Assembly (NCBI GenBank): GCA_951406725.2
Contig: OX597823.1
Span: forward strand, 95,542,001-95,606,000
Length of the DNA stretch: 64,000 bases
Source: Octopus vulgaris
Taxonomy: Eukaryota
Direction of reading: 5' to 3'
Below the pieces are notes generated by a model. It had not been told where the DNA came from. It worked only from the letters and a program-made list of their open reading frames with translations, and ran no database searches. The position numbers and the translations under genes were made by a program. The first letter of the stretch is position 1. Each line of letters begins with the position of its first letter. Below, piece by piece: positions 28,185 to 42,189 of the stretch.

Positions 28185-31100
28185 ATCATCATCATCATCA
28201 TCATCTTTTAATGTCTGTTGTCCATGCTGGCATGGGTTGGACAGTTCGATGAGGGCTGGCAAGCAGGGGTCTGCACCAGACTCCAGTGTGATTTGGCATG
28301 GTTTCTGCAGCTGGATGCCCTTCCTAATGCCAACCACTCCGAGAGTTTAAAGGGTGCTTCTATGTGCCACTGGCATGGGTGTTAGTCGTGTGATACCAAT
28401 ATCTGCCACAACTACAATTTCACTTGACTTGAGGGGTCTTTTTCTCAAGCATGGCATAATGCCAAAGGTCTTGGACATTTGTTATTGCCTCCATGAAGCA
28501 TAATGTTCAAAAGATGCTCTTTACATACCACCAGCATGGATGCCAGTTAAGTGACACCAACGTCAGACTACAATTTCACTTGACTTGACAGGTCTTCTCA
28601 AGCATTGTATATTGCTAAAGGTCTCAATTACTTATCCTTGCTTCTGTGAGTCCCAAAGTTCGAAGACCATGCTTCACCACTTTGTCCCATGTCCTCTTGG
28701 GTTTCGTCTACCGAAGGTTCCCTCCATAGTTAGAGACTGACACTTTTTTACACTGCTGTCCTCATCCATACACATCACATGACCCTACCAGTGCAGTCGT
28801 CTTTCTTGCACATCATATCTGATGGTGCTTATGGCCAATTCTTCTCTCAAGATGCTTACATTTTCTCATACATGCACACTGACATTGCCCATCCAGCAAA
28901 GCATACTTGCTTCATTTTTTTCAAGCCAATACATGTCCTCAGCTGTCACAGCCTATGTTTCACAGCCATATAGCATACCTATTCACACACTAGAATCATA
29001 CAATCTGCCTTTCACTCTGAGGGAGATGCCCTTTGTTGCCAGCAGAGGTAGGAGCTCTCTGAACTTTGTCCAGCCTATTCTTATTCTAGCAGCTACACTC
29101 TCAGAGCATCCACCCCAACTACTGACTTGGTCACCCAGATAATGGAAGCTATCTACTACCTCTAGCTTGCCCACCTGGCAGTTGATGGAGTCTATTTTCT
29201 GAGCAAATTCAGTGTTAATTGTACCTGTGCACCTTCCATGCAAAAACTACTTTCCCATTTAACTTCCTCTGATATTGTTGCACCTCTTATGTGTGCATAG
29301 CTTACACTGGGTACATCTTTTCTGCAGATTGAGCAGGATAACCTACCTGAAGGGATTTGTGATTTACCTGCCCTCCTACTTACTAAGACTTTGATTTTTG
29401 CTAGATTAACTCTAAGAACCTTTGATTCTAGACCTTGCCTCCATGCCTAAAATTTCTTCTCTAGTTCAGGTAGTGATTTAGATATAAAAACAAGGTCATC
29501 AGCATAGAGGAATCTCTCAGGGGCAGCCTGTCTTAGATTCCTCTGTTATTGCCTGGAGGACTGTGATAAACAAGAGGGGGATGAGGACTTCTCCTTAGTG
29601 AACCCCTACTTGTACATTGAATTCTTTCCTATACTCATTGTTAACTTTCACCTTACTGACAACATCCCTGTACCTGGCTTGTACAGCTCTCACCAACCAT
29701 TCATCTATCCCTAGCTTCCACACTGACCACCAAATAAGGGAGCAGTGGACTTAGCCAAAGGCTTTCTCCATTTCATCAAAAGCCAACTACAGGGGTTTAT
29801 TTTTGGCTAGATATTTCTCCTGCAGTAGCCTAACCAGAAATATAGCATCAGTCGTGCTCCTGCTTGGCACAAATCCAAACTGCATCTAATCTATGCTAAT
29901 TCTATCCCTAATTAATTGAGTTATGACACTTTTTTGTGACTGATATCCCCTGGTCCAGCAGTTTGATGTCTTTGTAATTATTCCTGTCTAAGGCACTACC
30001 TTTACTTTTGTAGCAGTTGACTATGATGCTGCCACACCAATTGATGGGTATGACTCCCTCACGGACAATCTGATTAACTTTATGGGTGACTAGGCTATAT
30101 CCTACTCTGCTAGAGGTTTTTAGCATCTCAGCAGAGATTCCTGATGGACCAGAGAGTTTCTTGATCTTGATATCCTTAATTGCTTTATCTACAAAGCTAC
30201 TGTTGACTCCGATAGCTGGTCCCTCAGTTGGGTCTACATTTGGCAGATTCCTCCCCTATGTTCTCTACATTGATCAGCCTTTCATAATGGCATTTCCAAA
30301 CCTCTTTCTTTGCAGAATTATTAAATGCAAGTGAACCATCATCCATGCAGACACATTTCTCTCCTATGACATCATGATTTTCTCCACACACTGTCTTGCA
30401 ATCCAAAACAATTAAAGTCTTTGGTCCTCACATCACTGAACATAGGCAAACAGCTTCTTTTCAGTTACTTCCCTGGCTAAATATACTTGTCTCTTAGCTT
30501 CCCTTCTGGCTATCCGATACAGTTCTCTGCTACCCCCACACTTCCAGTTTTTCAAGGCCTGTTTCATTGCTCTAATGGTTTTGTCTACAGTATCTTTCCA
30601 CTGCTTCATCACTCTAGGTCTGGATGGGATTTTGCACCAGCTGCAGATTTGGTTTGTGACACTCAGCAAGCTGACCTGCAGGAATTCCCAGTTGACCTCT
30701 GTTTTACAAATCTGTAGTTTCTCCTCCCTCTCATCAAATTTCTCATTTAGGACATCCCTAAATCTCAGACCACATAAAGGGTCCTTGAGCATCCAAACCC
30801 TTCTTTTCCAGATTGGTCTGCTTCTTGGCATCCTTCTGGTCTGAAGTCTAAAGTCACTAATGACTAGTCTAAGAAAAGACCTTCAACAGGGAAGGTCTTT
30901 GTATTTAGGAGCAACCATGTGTCCCACAGTCTGCTGAGAATGAAATCTATCAGGCTAGTAGGTTCACCTGATTGGTAGATTATCAGGTGGCTAACTGACT
31001 TCCTGAAGTTGGTATTGAAGATCAATAGGTTATTTGCATCACAGAACTCCAATAGCCTTGTCCCCTTTTTGTTTTGGGAACCAATTCCATAGTCCCTATG

Positions 31101-31200
31101 TACACCATGGAAGATATCGGGCTTCTGCCTGAAATCCTCAGCCATGAAGATGAGATCATTGTCATTATGAGGAACCTGGCTGAAGTTCCTCTCCACCTCT
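28185..31200 (-). mobile_element. Nearly full-length decayed RTE/RTEX-like LINE with (GAT)n tail
   Basis: APE (GTRLLEFCDANNLLIFNTNFRK...IDFIL), RT (YKDIKLLD, LYADD near 29500), a Cys/His cluster near 29220-29340, then RIRIGWTKFRELLPLL, a 3' UTR and (CAT)n at 28182-28204. Confidence 0.9.
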
Positions 31201-31689
31201 TGAATGCAGCATACATACAGTGTGGGATGATTGCTGGTGGTGGGGAGAGAGGGAGCTAGGCAAGTCTTCAGATACAGTAGTGAGGTGGAGCCTTATAGTG
31301 GTTTCCGATACAAGAGAAGAGATTTCCAGTATTGGTAGTGGTGGGCAGGAATGGGTGGGTGTATCACGGATAAGCAAAAGGCTAGCGTCGCCGCAGGAAA
31401 TACCAGCCAAGATAAAAAGGCACTAGGAAGCAGAGAAGGAGAGAGAGAGAGGGGGGAAGAGAGAGATAAAAAGGCACTAAGAAGCAGGGAGAGAGAGAGA
31501 GTAATAAAAAGGCACTAGGAAACAAGGAGAGTGAGAGAGGGTGAGAGTTGAAAGGTTTTATTGCTGGAGAAATCATTGTAAATATAAGAAGACCTGAGTC
31601 ATGAAACAGGGATGAGAATTTTGTAAAAAAATTAGAGCGGGTGAGCGTCCAGATTAACGAATTTTAGAGAGAGAGAGAGAAGGAGAAAG

Positions 31690-32130
31690 AGATTTTGAAG
31701 AATATTTACTGAAGTTACAAAATAGAAAGAGTAATTTTCAACTCCCAGTAAATCCAAGAGTTGTTATGACATTCTTTGAATTTATGGAACATTTTGTAGA
31801 ATCAAGACAGACTGGACTTTGGAGATATTGTCACAATCTAGAAGGGTGCGCATATTCCACAGCAACAAACATTAATACAAACACACACACACAAAACACA
31901 CACATGCATGCACACACACCATAAATGCACACACACCATAAATGCATAGCATTGAGCTGTATCCAGTTTTATTAGCATTACAATCATGATTTTTTGCATC
32001 CTTTGGTGCAGATCATGCTATTGGTAAGAATATTAGCCAATCAATAAAATACAAAGAAATCAGAAAAATTAATCATTGATGGAACTTCATTAATTTCAAG
32101 GAAATTTGTTTTTGTAATTTTCCTGAAATG
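31690..32130 (+). pseudogene. Highly decayed putative DNA-transposase-like ORF remnant
   Basis: VESRQTGLW, FASFGADHAI and a downstream FPEM (different frames) recall the 'IRASR.G.W / FSAIGADHA.EQ / RFFL.APE' motifs of an invertebrate transposon-associated protein family (from memory, unverified). Confidence 0.3.
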
Positions 32131-32844
32131 AGAATTAGACAATAATTCCTTACCAATGTTTCTTGATTTGGTATCAACTACAGAAAATATTTATAATGTA
32201 TTGCAGAAAATGTTAAATAATGGAGAGTTTGGCACAAAATCTTTGAAGAAAAGTTAGATCGAAGTTTGTTCTGCTTGGACAAAGATCTGGAGTTGCTACA
32301 AAACTAATTCAAGAATTTCCGGACATCAGAATTTGGCATTGCTTGAATCATTGATTACAAATTAGTTTTGATGATGTTACAAAGGAAATCTAGGCCAACT
32401 GCTTCAGCTTTTGGCCAACATTGCTACTCTTACTTTAAGTTTAATGAAAATCAGCTACAACTTAAAGCCATTTCTACAGTGGTTTTGATATTAAAATACT
32501 GAAATTAGGCCATGGTTTTCAAACCTTGAGAAGCTTCTTGTTATTTCAAATCTGTTTAAGTCGGATGAAGGATTTTTTTTTCTAAAGTTAACAAACAAAG
32601 CATTCATAAGAGACTTACCATTAATTTGCAGATAAACATAGAATATTACCAAATGTAGTTCCAGGAAACAAATTGGATTTCACAATGGCAACCAACACAT
32701 TAAATGAACAATTGAATTGCGAAATAAAAAAAATTTAATGAACTGGCACATTGCGGGATGTCTTCAAATCCATAGACTTTAATGAAAATGAGAAAATTAA
32801 ATCAATGCCATGAGAAAAAGTAACTGGGCTTAATTAATTTACGT

Positions 32845-33107
32845 GCTACCTGGCTCCTGTGCAGGTAGCACGTAAAAAACACCTTTTGAGCGTGGTCATT
32901 GCCAGAACCGCCTGACTGGCCCTCGTGCAGATGGCACATAAAAAGCACCCACTACACTCTCGGAGTGGTTGGCATTAGGAAGGGCATCCAGCTGTAGAGA
33001 CATTGCCAGATCAGATTGGAGCCTGGTGCAGCCTTCTGGCTCGCCAGTCCTCAAGCAAACCAGCCAACAAATGCCAGCATGGAAAGCAGACGTTAAACGA
33101 CGACGAC

Positions 33108-33138
<31 letters not shown>
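32845..33138 (+). mobile_element. RTE 3'-UTR-derived short repeat (representative)
   Basis: GGAGTGGTTGGCATTAGGAAGGGCATCCAGCTGTA...GCCAGCATGGAAAG...(GAT)n. Other copies near 40700, 49110, 50120(-), 53260, 54110, 57230(-), 62325 and 62580(-). Confidence 0.85.
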
Positions 33139-33140
<2 letters not shown>

Positions 33141-33722
33141 GGCATGTTTATTAAGTGAAGAATATGTTTTGCTTAAAATTGGTACTTTAAGATATCATGA
33201 TAACACACTAAAAATTATAGAATTTTTGCATGTTTTGGACCCCAATTCATGGAACATTTAAGAAATGAGGTGCCTTTGGAAACTTGGAGAAGAAAAGTTG
33301 CAGAAATTAAATTTAATCTAAAATTTGAAATTGCTTTGAAGAATTTTTGTGGTTATTTTGAAAATAGCATTCAATTTCTGCTGCAGGAATCACAAGCAAA
33401 GCAAAGATCTCATGATAACCACAATTGCAATAAGCTCTGTAAGCGACAAATGAGCAAGTTTAACAACTAAACATATATCATGCTTTATATAGATATACTT
33501 TTCTACTCTAGGAACAAGGCTCAAAATTTTTGGGGAGGTGGGGGGGCAGTCAATTAGATAAAATGGATTTTATATTAAGAATTTTTTAACTGAGAAAAAT
33601 TATTGAAATTTAGGTTGCTTTTCTCATAGAACGATTGATAAATAATCTTTCAATATTAACTAAAAGCAGGAAGCTGGTAGAATTGTAACTGCACCAGACA
33701 AAATGCTTAGTGGTTTAGATGG

Positions 33723-34072
33723 TGTAGGTCATCATTGAGCCACCTAATATGACTCTCAGAAGGCTGTAATCTTGCTGGTAGTAAACCCGGATAAAAAACA
33801 TAAACAAGCAAGGTTGTAACTTTAAACACGCTTATTGTGGCTACACGTATATACACAATGGAATGATAAATAAAATGGTTGGTGTGTAAGGGTCATGGTC
33901 TTCTGTGCTATGCTCCTATCTGCAAGCTGGAGTGTGGTATGAGACAAGTTGCATCCTCATAGCAGAAAAGAGGAAGAGATGAGGTCACGTGTCTGAACCT
34001 TAATGTTGCATAACACCCTCTATAGCTAGCCAGCTTGTTTGACCTGCTGTCAAGGTGGGTAATGCACCTACA
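33723..34072. mobile_element. Probable solo LTR inserted in a SINE
   Basis: 350 bp bounded by inverted termini TGTAGGT...ACCTACA. It interrupts a SINE between AAATGCTTAGTGG and CATTTTGTTCATC. Imperfect 4-bp TSD ATGG/GTGG. Confidence 0.55.
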
Positions 34073-35249
34073 GTGGCATTTTGTTCATCTTTATGTTCTG
34101 AGTTCAAATTCCACCCGGGTCAACTTTGCCTTTCATATTTTAGGGTTGATAAAATAGTACCAGTTGAGTACTGGGATTGATGTAACCGACTTACCTCTCC
34201 CCAAAATTTGAAATCAATATTAACTAAAAACTTTTAATTGTAAAAATATTTAATTTCATATTTTGTATACTAAGGACACATGTGCTTCTGTATCTACAGA
34301 TTTCATCTATTCCTGTTTGTATTTACATTCGTATCTCATTTTGTGGGAAATAAGGGCAACTGCTGTGTTGATGACATCTATTAAGACAGAAACATGCATT
34401 TCCTGTTCTCATTCAGCACTGCTTTCATGTTTGCCTTCTTGTGCTTTTAAACACAGCACATCCACAGGATATATTCTCTCCAGAGGAATCCTGCAGTAAA
34501 TCTTGATGTATATTCATTGAGTATGATACGTAAATGGCTGCTTTAGCCTTTTACTGCTTCTGTTGTGCATCTTTTACCTGTTTCAGTCATTTGACTGTGG
34601 CCAATGCTGGTGCACAGACTTGAACAATTCTTAGTAGAACGAATCAACCTCAATACTTATTTTGAGTGCAAGTCAGGTACTTATTCTATCAATTGTTTTT
34701 GCTGAACTGCTTAGTTACAGGATGTAAACACATCAAGACTGATTGTCAAGCAGTGTGTGGGTGGGTGGGGCGTACAAACAGACAAACAGGCAGACAGACA
34801 GACACATACACACACACACACACACATTGTGTGTGTCTTTCTATGTTTGTCCCGACACCATTGCCTGACAACTGGTGTTGGTGTGTTTACATCCCCGTAA
34901 CTTTGCAGTTTGGCAAAAGGGACCGATAGAGTGAGCACTAGGCTAATAAAGAGAAACAAAATAGAAAAAATAGAAGTACTCGGGTCGATTTGTTTGATTA
35001 AAATTCTTCCAAGCAGTGCCCCAGCATGGCCGCAGTCTAATGACTGAAACAAGTAGCAGATAAAAGGTATACAGTATACACATACAAACACATGAGTCAA
35101 GGAAGTTCTCGTCTGAAAGAGCTATCGAAACTCCTGGCAAAACTATGCCCCACCCTAGCAAAACAAACCAACAGAAAATGGGATGGTCTCAGTTAGAACA
35201 CCTTTAATTCTAACTTTGCTCCAAAGTCTGCGGGGAACAGGACATCGTA

Positions 35250-36727
35250 TAATCTCAGGAGTTACGAGAAAATACCGAACACTGTAAAGGAATCTGGCCG
35301 ATAACAATGCTTGATGGTGGTGGTGGTGATGATGGTGGTGGTGGTGGCGACAACGATGAAGACGACGTCGACAATGATAAGTATTATGCTGACTAAGTCA
35401 ATATTGACGACGATGACGATGATGATGATGGTGGTGATGATGAGGGTAATGACATCAACGAACGACAACGTTGATAGGCATTCAGTGCCAGATTCTCATT
35501 GTCAGTCAAACGGCAGCTCACACAATTGTCCTCTTTCGTTTCTCTCTCTCTGTCAACATTAATTACCAAGACGGGCCGCGTTGGAATGAGAGTTGGGTTG
35601 GAGAGAAAGAGAAGGGGAAAGAGGCAGATAGACAGGAGAGAGAGAGGGGGGAAGAAGGAGAGGAGAGGGAGAGATAAAGCGAAGAGAGAGAGAAAAAAGA
35701 GCAACGGAACAATGGCTGAGAGAGCGGCGGCTGAGCAGGAACTATCGGAATGGTAAACAATATAAATACATTGTTGCTGGGCGTGCACCATGGGAACGGT
35801 AATATGGTGAAACGGATAGAGAGTGAAAGAGAGAGAGAGAGAGAGAAAGAGATAGAAAGAGAGAGTAGAGTAGGAGGAAGTAACAAGAAGAGCGATAGAG
35901 TGATGAAGGGAAGGAGAGAGCGAGAGAAAGGGAAAGGGTGGTAGGTCTAAGGAAAGAGTGCGCGCGCGCGTGTGGTATACACACACACACACACACACAC
36001 ACACTATATCAGAGAGAGAGAGAGAGAGGTGGAGAGAGAGAGAGAGAGGGAGAGAGAAAGAGAGAGGACTAGCTGGAGGTATGCAAGCTACTTGCTGGTG
36101 AAGGCGGTGGCGGCGATGACGGCCGTTAATTACATGAAGGAATAAGCTACAAGTTCATGGGAGTTTGCAGTGTTTAGCGCCTGATTCTTGCACTCTGAGT
36201 ACGCGCGCGCGTGTGTGTGTGTGTGCACCTACATACACACATATGTACATGCATGTGTATAGATATATGCATGTGTGTATATATATACGTGTGTGTGTGT
36301 ATATATGTGTTTAGTGCGTGTGTGGACTCTTTTGGATGAGGAGTTGGAAACGGTCTGTGTTCCTGTGATGGGCGAAACCCCGCGCTGCCACCATCCAGTT
36401 CTTTAGATGAACATTACGTCTCCATCGATACATATATATACACACTCACACATGTATATATATTATAAATAGACATTATATATACATCTTATATATTAAA
36501 CACATCTACTTGCACATACAAAACACACTTAAGATTTCTTAACTATATTCTGCAGACGACATTTTACCAAGAAGGATTTATAAACACACCTCTATCGGCA
36601 ATAATAAATGAAATGCAATCATTAATTGATACGTTAATGATGTTGACATTAACCACGACGACGATGGCAACATTATCATGATGACGACGATGATGATGAT
36701 GGTGGCGGTTGTTATTGAACGGTGAGT
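35250..36727 (+). promoter_or_regulatory. CpG-retaining promoter / first-exon region ending in a strong splice donor
   Basis: Visibly higher CpG density than the flanks, GA/GT repeats, no TE motifs recognised. Donor CG|GTGAGT at 36721/36722. Confidence 0.45.
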
Positions 36728-37241
36728 ATGTTTTCAATTTTTCCATTCCGTGACCTATTATTATAGATTAATGTTAACTGATCGATTGATCGATTAACGA
36801 CTTATAAGATTGTTTATCGGTTGATCAGCGACCTGTAGCAAGCAATCACACACGCCTTCTCAACTGCATTGATATTTAACGATCGATTCATTGATGTCTA
36901 TTCAGTAAGACGTAACTAACCAATCTAGTTTAAATGATGTTTAATAATTAATCGATCGTTCGGTAAATCTATTATATAATAAAGCCGTAATTAACATTTA
37001 GTTTCGTTTCTATGATATCTGCTGATCATTCAATGAATCGATGTATAGGTATGGCAAGACATAACTAACTCCATAGACTTCCGCCTATCTAAACAGCGGT
37101 GATTGATTGATCGATCGATAGATTTTATTGGAAGACTAAACTAATCTTGTCTGACTGATGAATGCAGACGGGTCTGTACACACACACACACACATTAGCA
37201 CATGTTACATCTTTCTATATCACTCTGTGTGTGTGCGTATG

Positions 37242-37272
<31 letters not shown>

Positions 37273-37846
37273 GTGTGTGTATATATATATATGTATGTGT
37301 GTGTGTGTGTATATATATATATATGTATGTGTGTGTGTATATATATATGTGTGTGTGTGTGTGTGTATATATATGTGTGTGTATGTATTTACGTATTTAT
37401 TAAACACATGCATATACATACATATATGTGTGCGTGTGTGTGTGTGTTCATAATATATAATTTGCATAAACACACACACATATATGTAATATAATATGTG
37501 ACAATTATTCGATTGCCATAATAAAACTCCGAGTTTCGGCAACCGAATAATTGTCACATATTATATTACAGATAAATTCCTCTATTTACATAATATCGAG
37601 GTCTCATTCATTCTTTTGTTGTCATACCATTACTATCAATATATATACATGTATGTATGTATGTATGTATGTATGTAATGCATGGGTATATGCATGCATG
37701 CATTGGCATAGCTGGGTGGTTAAGAGGTTAACTTTGCAGCAGGTGCTACTGGGTTCATTTTCACTGTCTATCTGGTATCTTCAGCATGTATTCCACCGTA
37801 GCCTTGATTCAACCGATATTTCGGAGTAAAATTTCATTTAAAGAAG

Positions 37847-37902
<56 letters not shown>

Positions 37903-38472
37903 TGCATATAGCAATTCAGTTTGCGTATGAACCTTGCAGTTTGCTGTGTAAAGCCCGTCTACGGGTATCGGCTACCGGGTGCGGTTTCATCACGAAAATC
38001 GGAGACGAAATAGTTGTAGTTGTATGCAATAAAGCATGTTTGTTCAATCCAAACTCTTTTGTTTACACTTTCGTATCCCTCTTACTCCCTTTTACTTGTT
38101 TCATTCATTTGACTGTGGCCATGCTGGAGCACCACCTTTTTAGTCGAGCAAATCGACCCCTGGACTTATTCTTTGCAAGCCTAGTACTTATTCTATCGGT
38201 CTCTTGCCGAACCGCTAGGTGACGGGGACGTAAACACACTAGCATCGGTTGTCAAGCGATGTTGGGGGGACAAACACAGACACACAAACACATACACACA
38301 TATATATATATTCGACAGGCTTCTTTCAGTTTCCGTCTACCAAATCCACTCACAAGGCTTTGGTCGGCCCGAGCCTTAGTAGAAGACACTTGCCCAAGGT
38401 GCCACGCAGTGGGACTGAACCCGGAACCATGTAGTTCGTAAGCAAGCTACTTACCACACAGCCACTCCTGCG

Positions 38473-38560
<88 letters not shown>

Positions 38561-39408
38561 GATGGATGGATGTATGGATGGATGCATGCGTACGGAATTT
38601 TAATGCAAGCCGTGTTCTCGCGAAGCATGTCTACACGTTCCAGTTATCAAATGTATGTTGATATTCTATTTTGAATGAGACATATATACTGGTTGAAAGT
38701 GGTAGTGACTTGTAGTGACTCAAATTTGCACAGTAAATTTAACATATTAAACAGCCTTTCTTTTAATATCTATCTATCTGTCTGTCTTCCTATCTATCTA
38801 CCTGTCTGTCTGTTTATCTATCTATCTATCTATCTTTCCATCTACCTATCTACCTGTCTGTCTATAATGTGTGTGTTTGTTAAGTAATAATTGAAATAAG
38901 AAGTACTCAGTATAAACGTAGAATGCTGCAGTTTATTTCGGCTGGTTCAGTGGCCTGTTGCATTGGAGATTCCATGTTATGCTGCTTCTTCTTCAGACAC
39001 ATCAAACTAGAGAGAGAGAGAGAGAAGCCTCACCGCTTCGTGGAAACTCCAGTGTAACAGACCACCAGAGCACAGCCATGGTGGGGTGCTGTCCTTAAGG
39101 ATGGAGTTGATCGAATTGGTCTCAGTGCTTCTTTTAAGCTGCTACCTATTCTGTCAGTCTCCATTTGTCAAACTGCTTGTTTGTAGAGAAGTAGACAAAC
39201 CAACACAGGTACTAAGCAATGAGAAACACACACACACACACATTTATATATACATGTGTTAATGTTTGTTTTTATGTTTAGTCTGATGATGGCTTAACTG
39301 GCCAAAACTTAAACTTTGGAGTTACTATCAATAATAGCTATTTCTAGAATCCCTAAATGAGATATAAGTAGTAACAATATTAGACGGTAACGTTCTGTTT
39401 TTTTTGCC

Positions 39409-39720
39409 ACTATAACATGGCTTTTCTATAAAGAACCATGTTATTACATTTGCTCTTCATGAGATCAGCAGCTTTCTGCCACTTCTCTGTTTATATATTG
39501 CGAGTAGGAACAATTGACTGCTTTCTCTAGCAGGCAAGTATCCAGTATCGCTGAAGGGTAAAGACCCAAAAATCATAGTCTACTGGTCTTGCCAAGCTAG
39601 AGGGGAATAATTTGCTCCCTTACAATATATTGGACACAGGTTGTCCAGCAGCTGGAAAAGATGTTTTCCTGGGGTTAAAATGTAGGAACATAGCTCTTTA
39701 TAGAACAGCTATGTTATAGT
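39409..39720. mobile_element. MITE-like element with ~40-bp imperfect TIRs
   Basis: ACTATAACATGGCTTTTCTATAAAGAACCATGTT versus AACATAGCTCTTTATAGAACAGCTATGTTATAGT. Confidence 0.55.
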
Positions 39721-39742
39721 AAGAAAAAATCCATTCTATACA

Positions 39743-39794
<52 letters not shown>

Positions 39795-40692
39795 CTAGCT
39801 GGTGTACCCGGTAATTCCTGGGAAAGCAGGGCTTATCCCTTCATTCTGTTCTCATAATTGTTTCGCTAATCCAATAACAACAATACAAAGTATGTAGCCC
39901 TTAAAACAATTTTTGTGTGTTTACAGAGAATACCAAACTGTCTTACTCAGGATCTTGTTTTTAGGAACTCCCAGTAAGTTATGAATACCCAAATTGTGAA
40001 GTCAGTTATATGATAACATGAAATTAGTTACCCAATAGTAAGAATTCAAATAAAGTAGCCCTGAAAAGGGCTTTAATGCGTTCCCAGAGTATATAGAACA
40101 TAAGAGGAAATACTAATAAGATATGTATACTAAAATCATGAAGCATGTTATGTAATAAATGACTAATCAGATACAAGATAATAACAATTCAAAGTAAATA
40201 TCTCTGAAAAGGGCTTTTGTGTGTTCCCAGAGAATATTCCCCCCAGGGGCGCTAGTGTTGGTATCTTCATGAATAAGTCACTAACCGAAATAAGTGGATC
40301 TATCGTTCAGGAAAATACTATTTACTTGCTTAAGGGTTGTACTAGATAAATTGAGAAAATAACTCTAGCAGTTCAAATAACAAGAAATCCTTTTTACCAA
40401 ATAATTTAGGAAAATGTAAGGGTTATTTCCCTTGGCTATATATAGGGATCCCTTCCAGGGTCGAATGGATTATTTCCCTTGGTTTTAAAATAAAATATAT
40501 TAGATATATATAAGGATCCTTTCCAGGGGCCCTATTATCGATTTTTTTCCAACAATCTGAGTATGTCATGAGGTTTCCAGACATGAGTTCTACTCATGTA
40601 TCAAGTTTCATCAAAATCGATAAAATGACGTAAGAGGAGTTAGCTAACAACTCTACAAACACACCCACACACAGAATTTCCAGCATATATAG
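39795..40692 (-). mobile_element. Non-autonomous Helitron with internal degenerate tandem repeats
   Basis: A|CTAG-CTGGTGTA-CCCGGTAATTCCTGGG end like the one at 15147. Three similar blocks near 39870, 40030 and 40180. CA-rich subterminal tract. Confidence 0.6.
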
Positions 40693-42189
40693 TTACCAGC
40701 ATCGCCTTCCTGGCACCTGTGCCGGTGGCATGTGTAAAAGATTCGAGCGAGGTCGTTGCTAGTACCGCCTGACTGGCACGTAAAAGCACCCACTAGACCC
40801 TTGGAGTGGTTGGTGTTAGGAAGGACATCCAGCTGTAGAAACTCTGCCAAATCAAGATTGGAGCCTGGTGCAGTCATCTGGTTCGCTAGCCCTCAGTCAA
40901 ATCATCCAACCCATGCTAGCATGGAAAGCGGATGTTAAACGATGATGATGATGATGATGATGATATATACAATGAGCTTCTTTCAGTTTCCATGTATAAA
41001 AGCCACTCACAAGCCTTTGGTTGGCCTGTGGCTATATTAGAAGACATCTGCCCAAGGTGTCATACAGTGGGACTGAACCCAGGCCCATGTGGTTGGGAAG
41101 CAAGCTTCTTACCATACAGCCATGCTCCTTGCCCAAGGTGCCATGTAGTAAGAGTGACCCTAAAACCATGTGCTAGCAGAGCAAACCTCTTTACCATGCA
41201 GCAAGTTTGCTGCAGTGTATCAGCATGACCTTCTTTATTTTAACACTCATTTTTCTATGCTTGTATGGGTTAGAATCAAATTTGTTTGGTTCAATGCATT
41301 TCCTGTTACCAACTTCACCTCTTTCCGTGCAAGATGTTATTTCCCATGGCTGGACTTGTTAAGACAAAGTGAGACAAGCACTCAAGCATACACCTACTCG
41401 TACATTCATGTACCTCGTCATCATCATCATCATTTCATGTTTGTTTTCCATGCAGGCATGGGTTGGACAAGGCTTCACTGTCTGTTTTGGCAGGTTTTTT
41501 TGTAGTTGGATGCCCTTCCTATCACATCATTGACAAGATTATTTGATGTTGTTATACATCACTGGTCACAATGCACTTTGCATCATTTCAGGTTTTGAAT
41601 GATGCCACCCCACTGGCTAGACAAGCAGACCAACATTCCATTCCTCCTGGCTGGAAGGTTGATCCGTGGCAGGGTGGCCCATTTACGGGTGAGTGGACTG
41701 GAGAAATGTGAAATAAGTGTTTTGCTCAAGAAGAATACAAGACATGCTTGGTATTTGCATGCATGCATGCACACACATATGCACATGCACGCACACACAT
41801 ATGCACACACACGCACACACATATGCACACGTGTAGTCTTGTTTTATTAAAACTGAAGCTGAAAGTTTGTCTTGTGAGTTTAACGCCACTGATCTTTAGC
41901 TGAAGCTGAGAATCTCGACACAAACTCTTGGCTTCAGTTTTAATAAAAAAAACAACATATTTTCCACAACATGTATTGGGCAGCCTTTTCTCATTCAGTC
42001 AGCCTTAAAGAATGTGTATATGTATATATACAACAACATCACACCACACCACACTACACCATACAACATTACACATCACATCACAACGCACCACCCACAC
42101 ACCAGCACTGACCAATTCCCATCCCCACATTTTCACACATACATACATGCACACGTCCAGAACACCAACCCTCTTTCATACGCACTTAC

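Noticed and set aside
35262-35562. His/Thr/Asp-rich ORFs in the CpG-rich region
   Set aside because: Trinucleotide-repeat driven, with stops in the plausible frames and no recognisable domain.
38930-39002. Minus-strand CTGAAGA...CAGCCGAAA
   Set aside because: Stems I and III do not form; too degenerate to call.
39280-39315. AGT CTGATGA TGGC...GCC AAAA CTTA AACT as a stand-alone ribozyme feature
   Set aside because: GAAA is mutated and stem III is unclear; counted only as a possible decayed copy.
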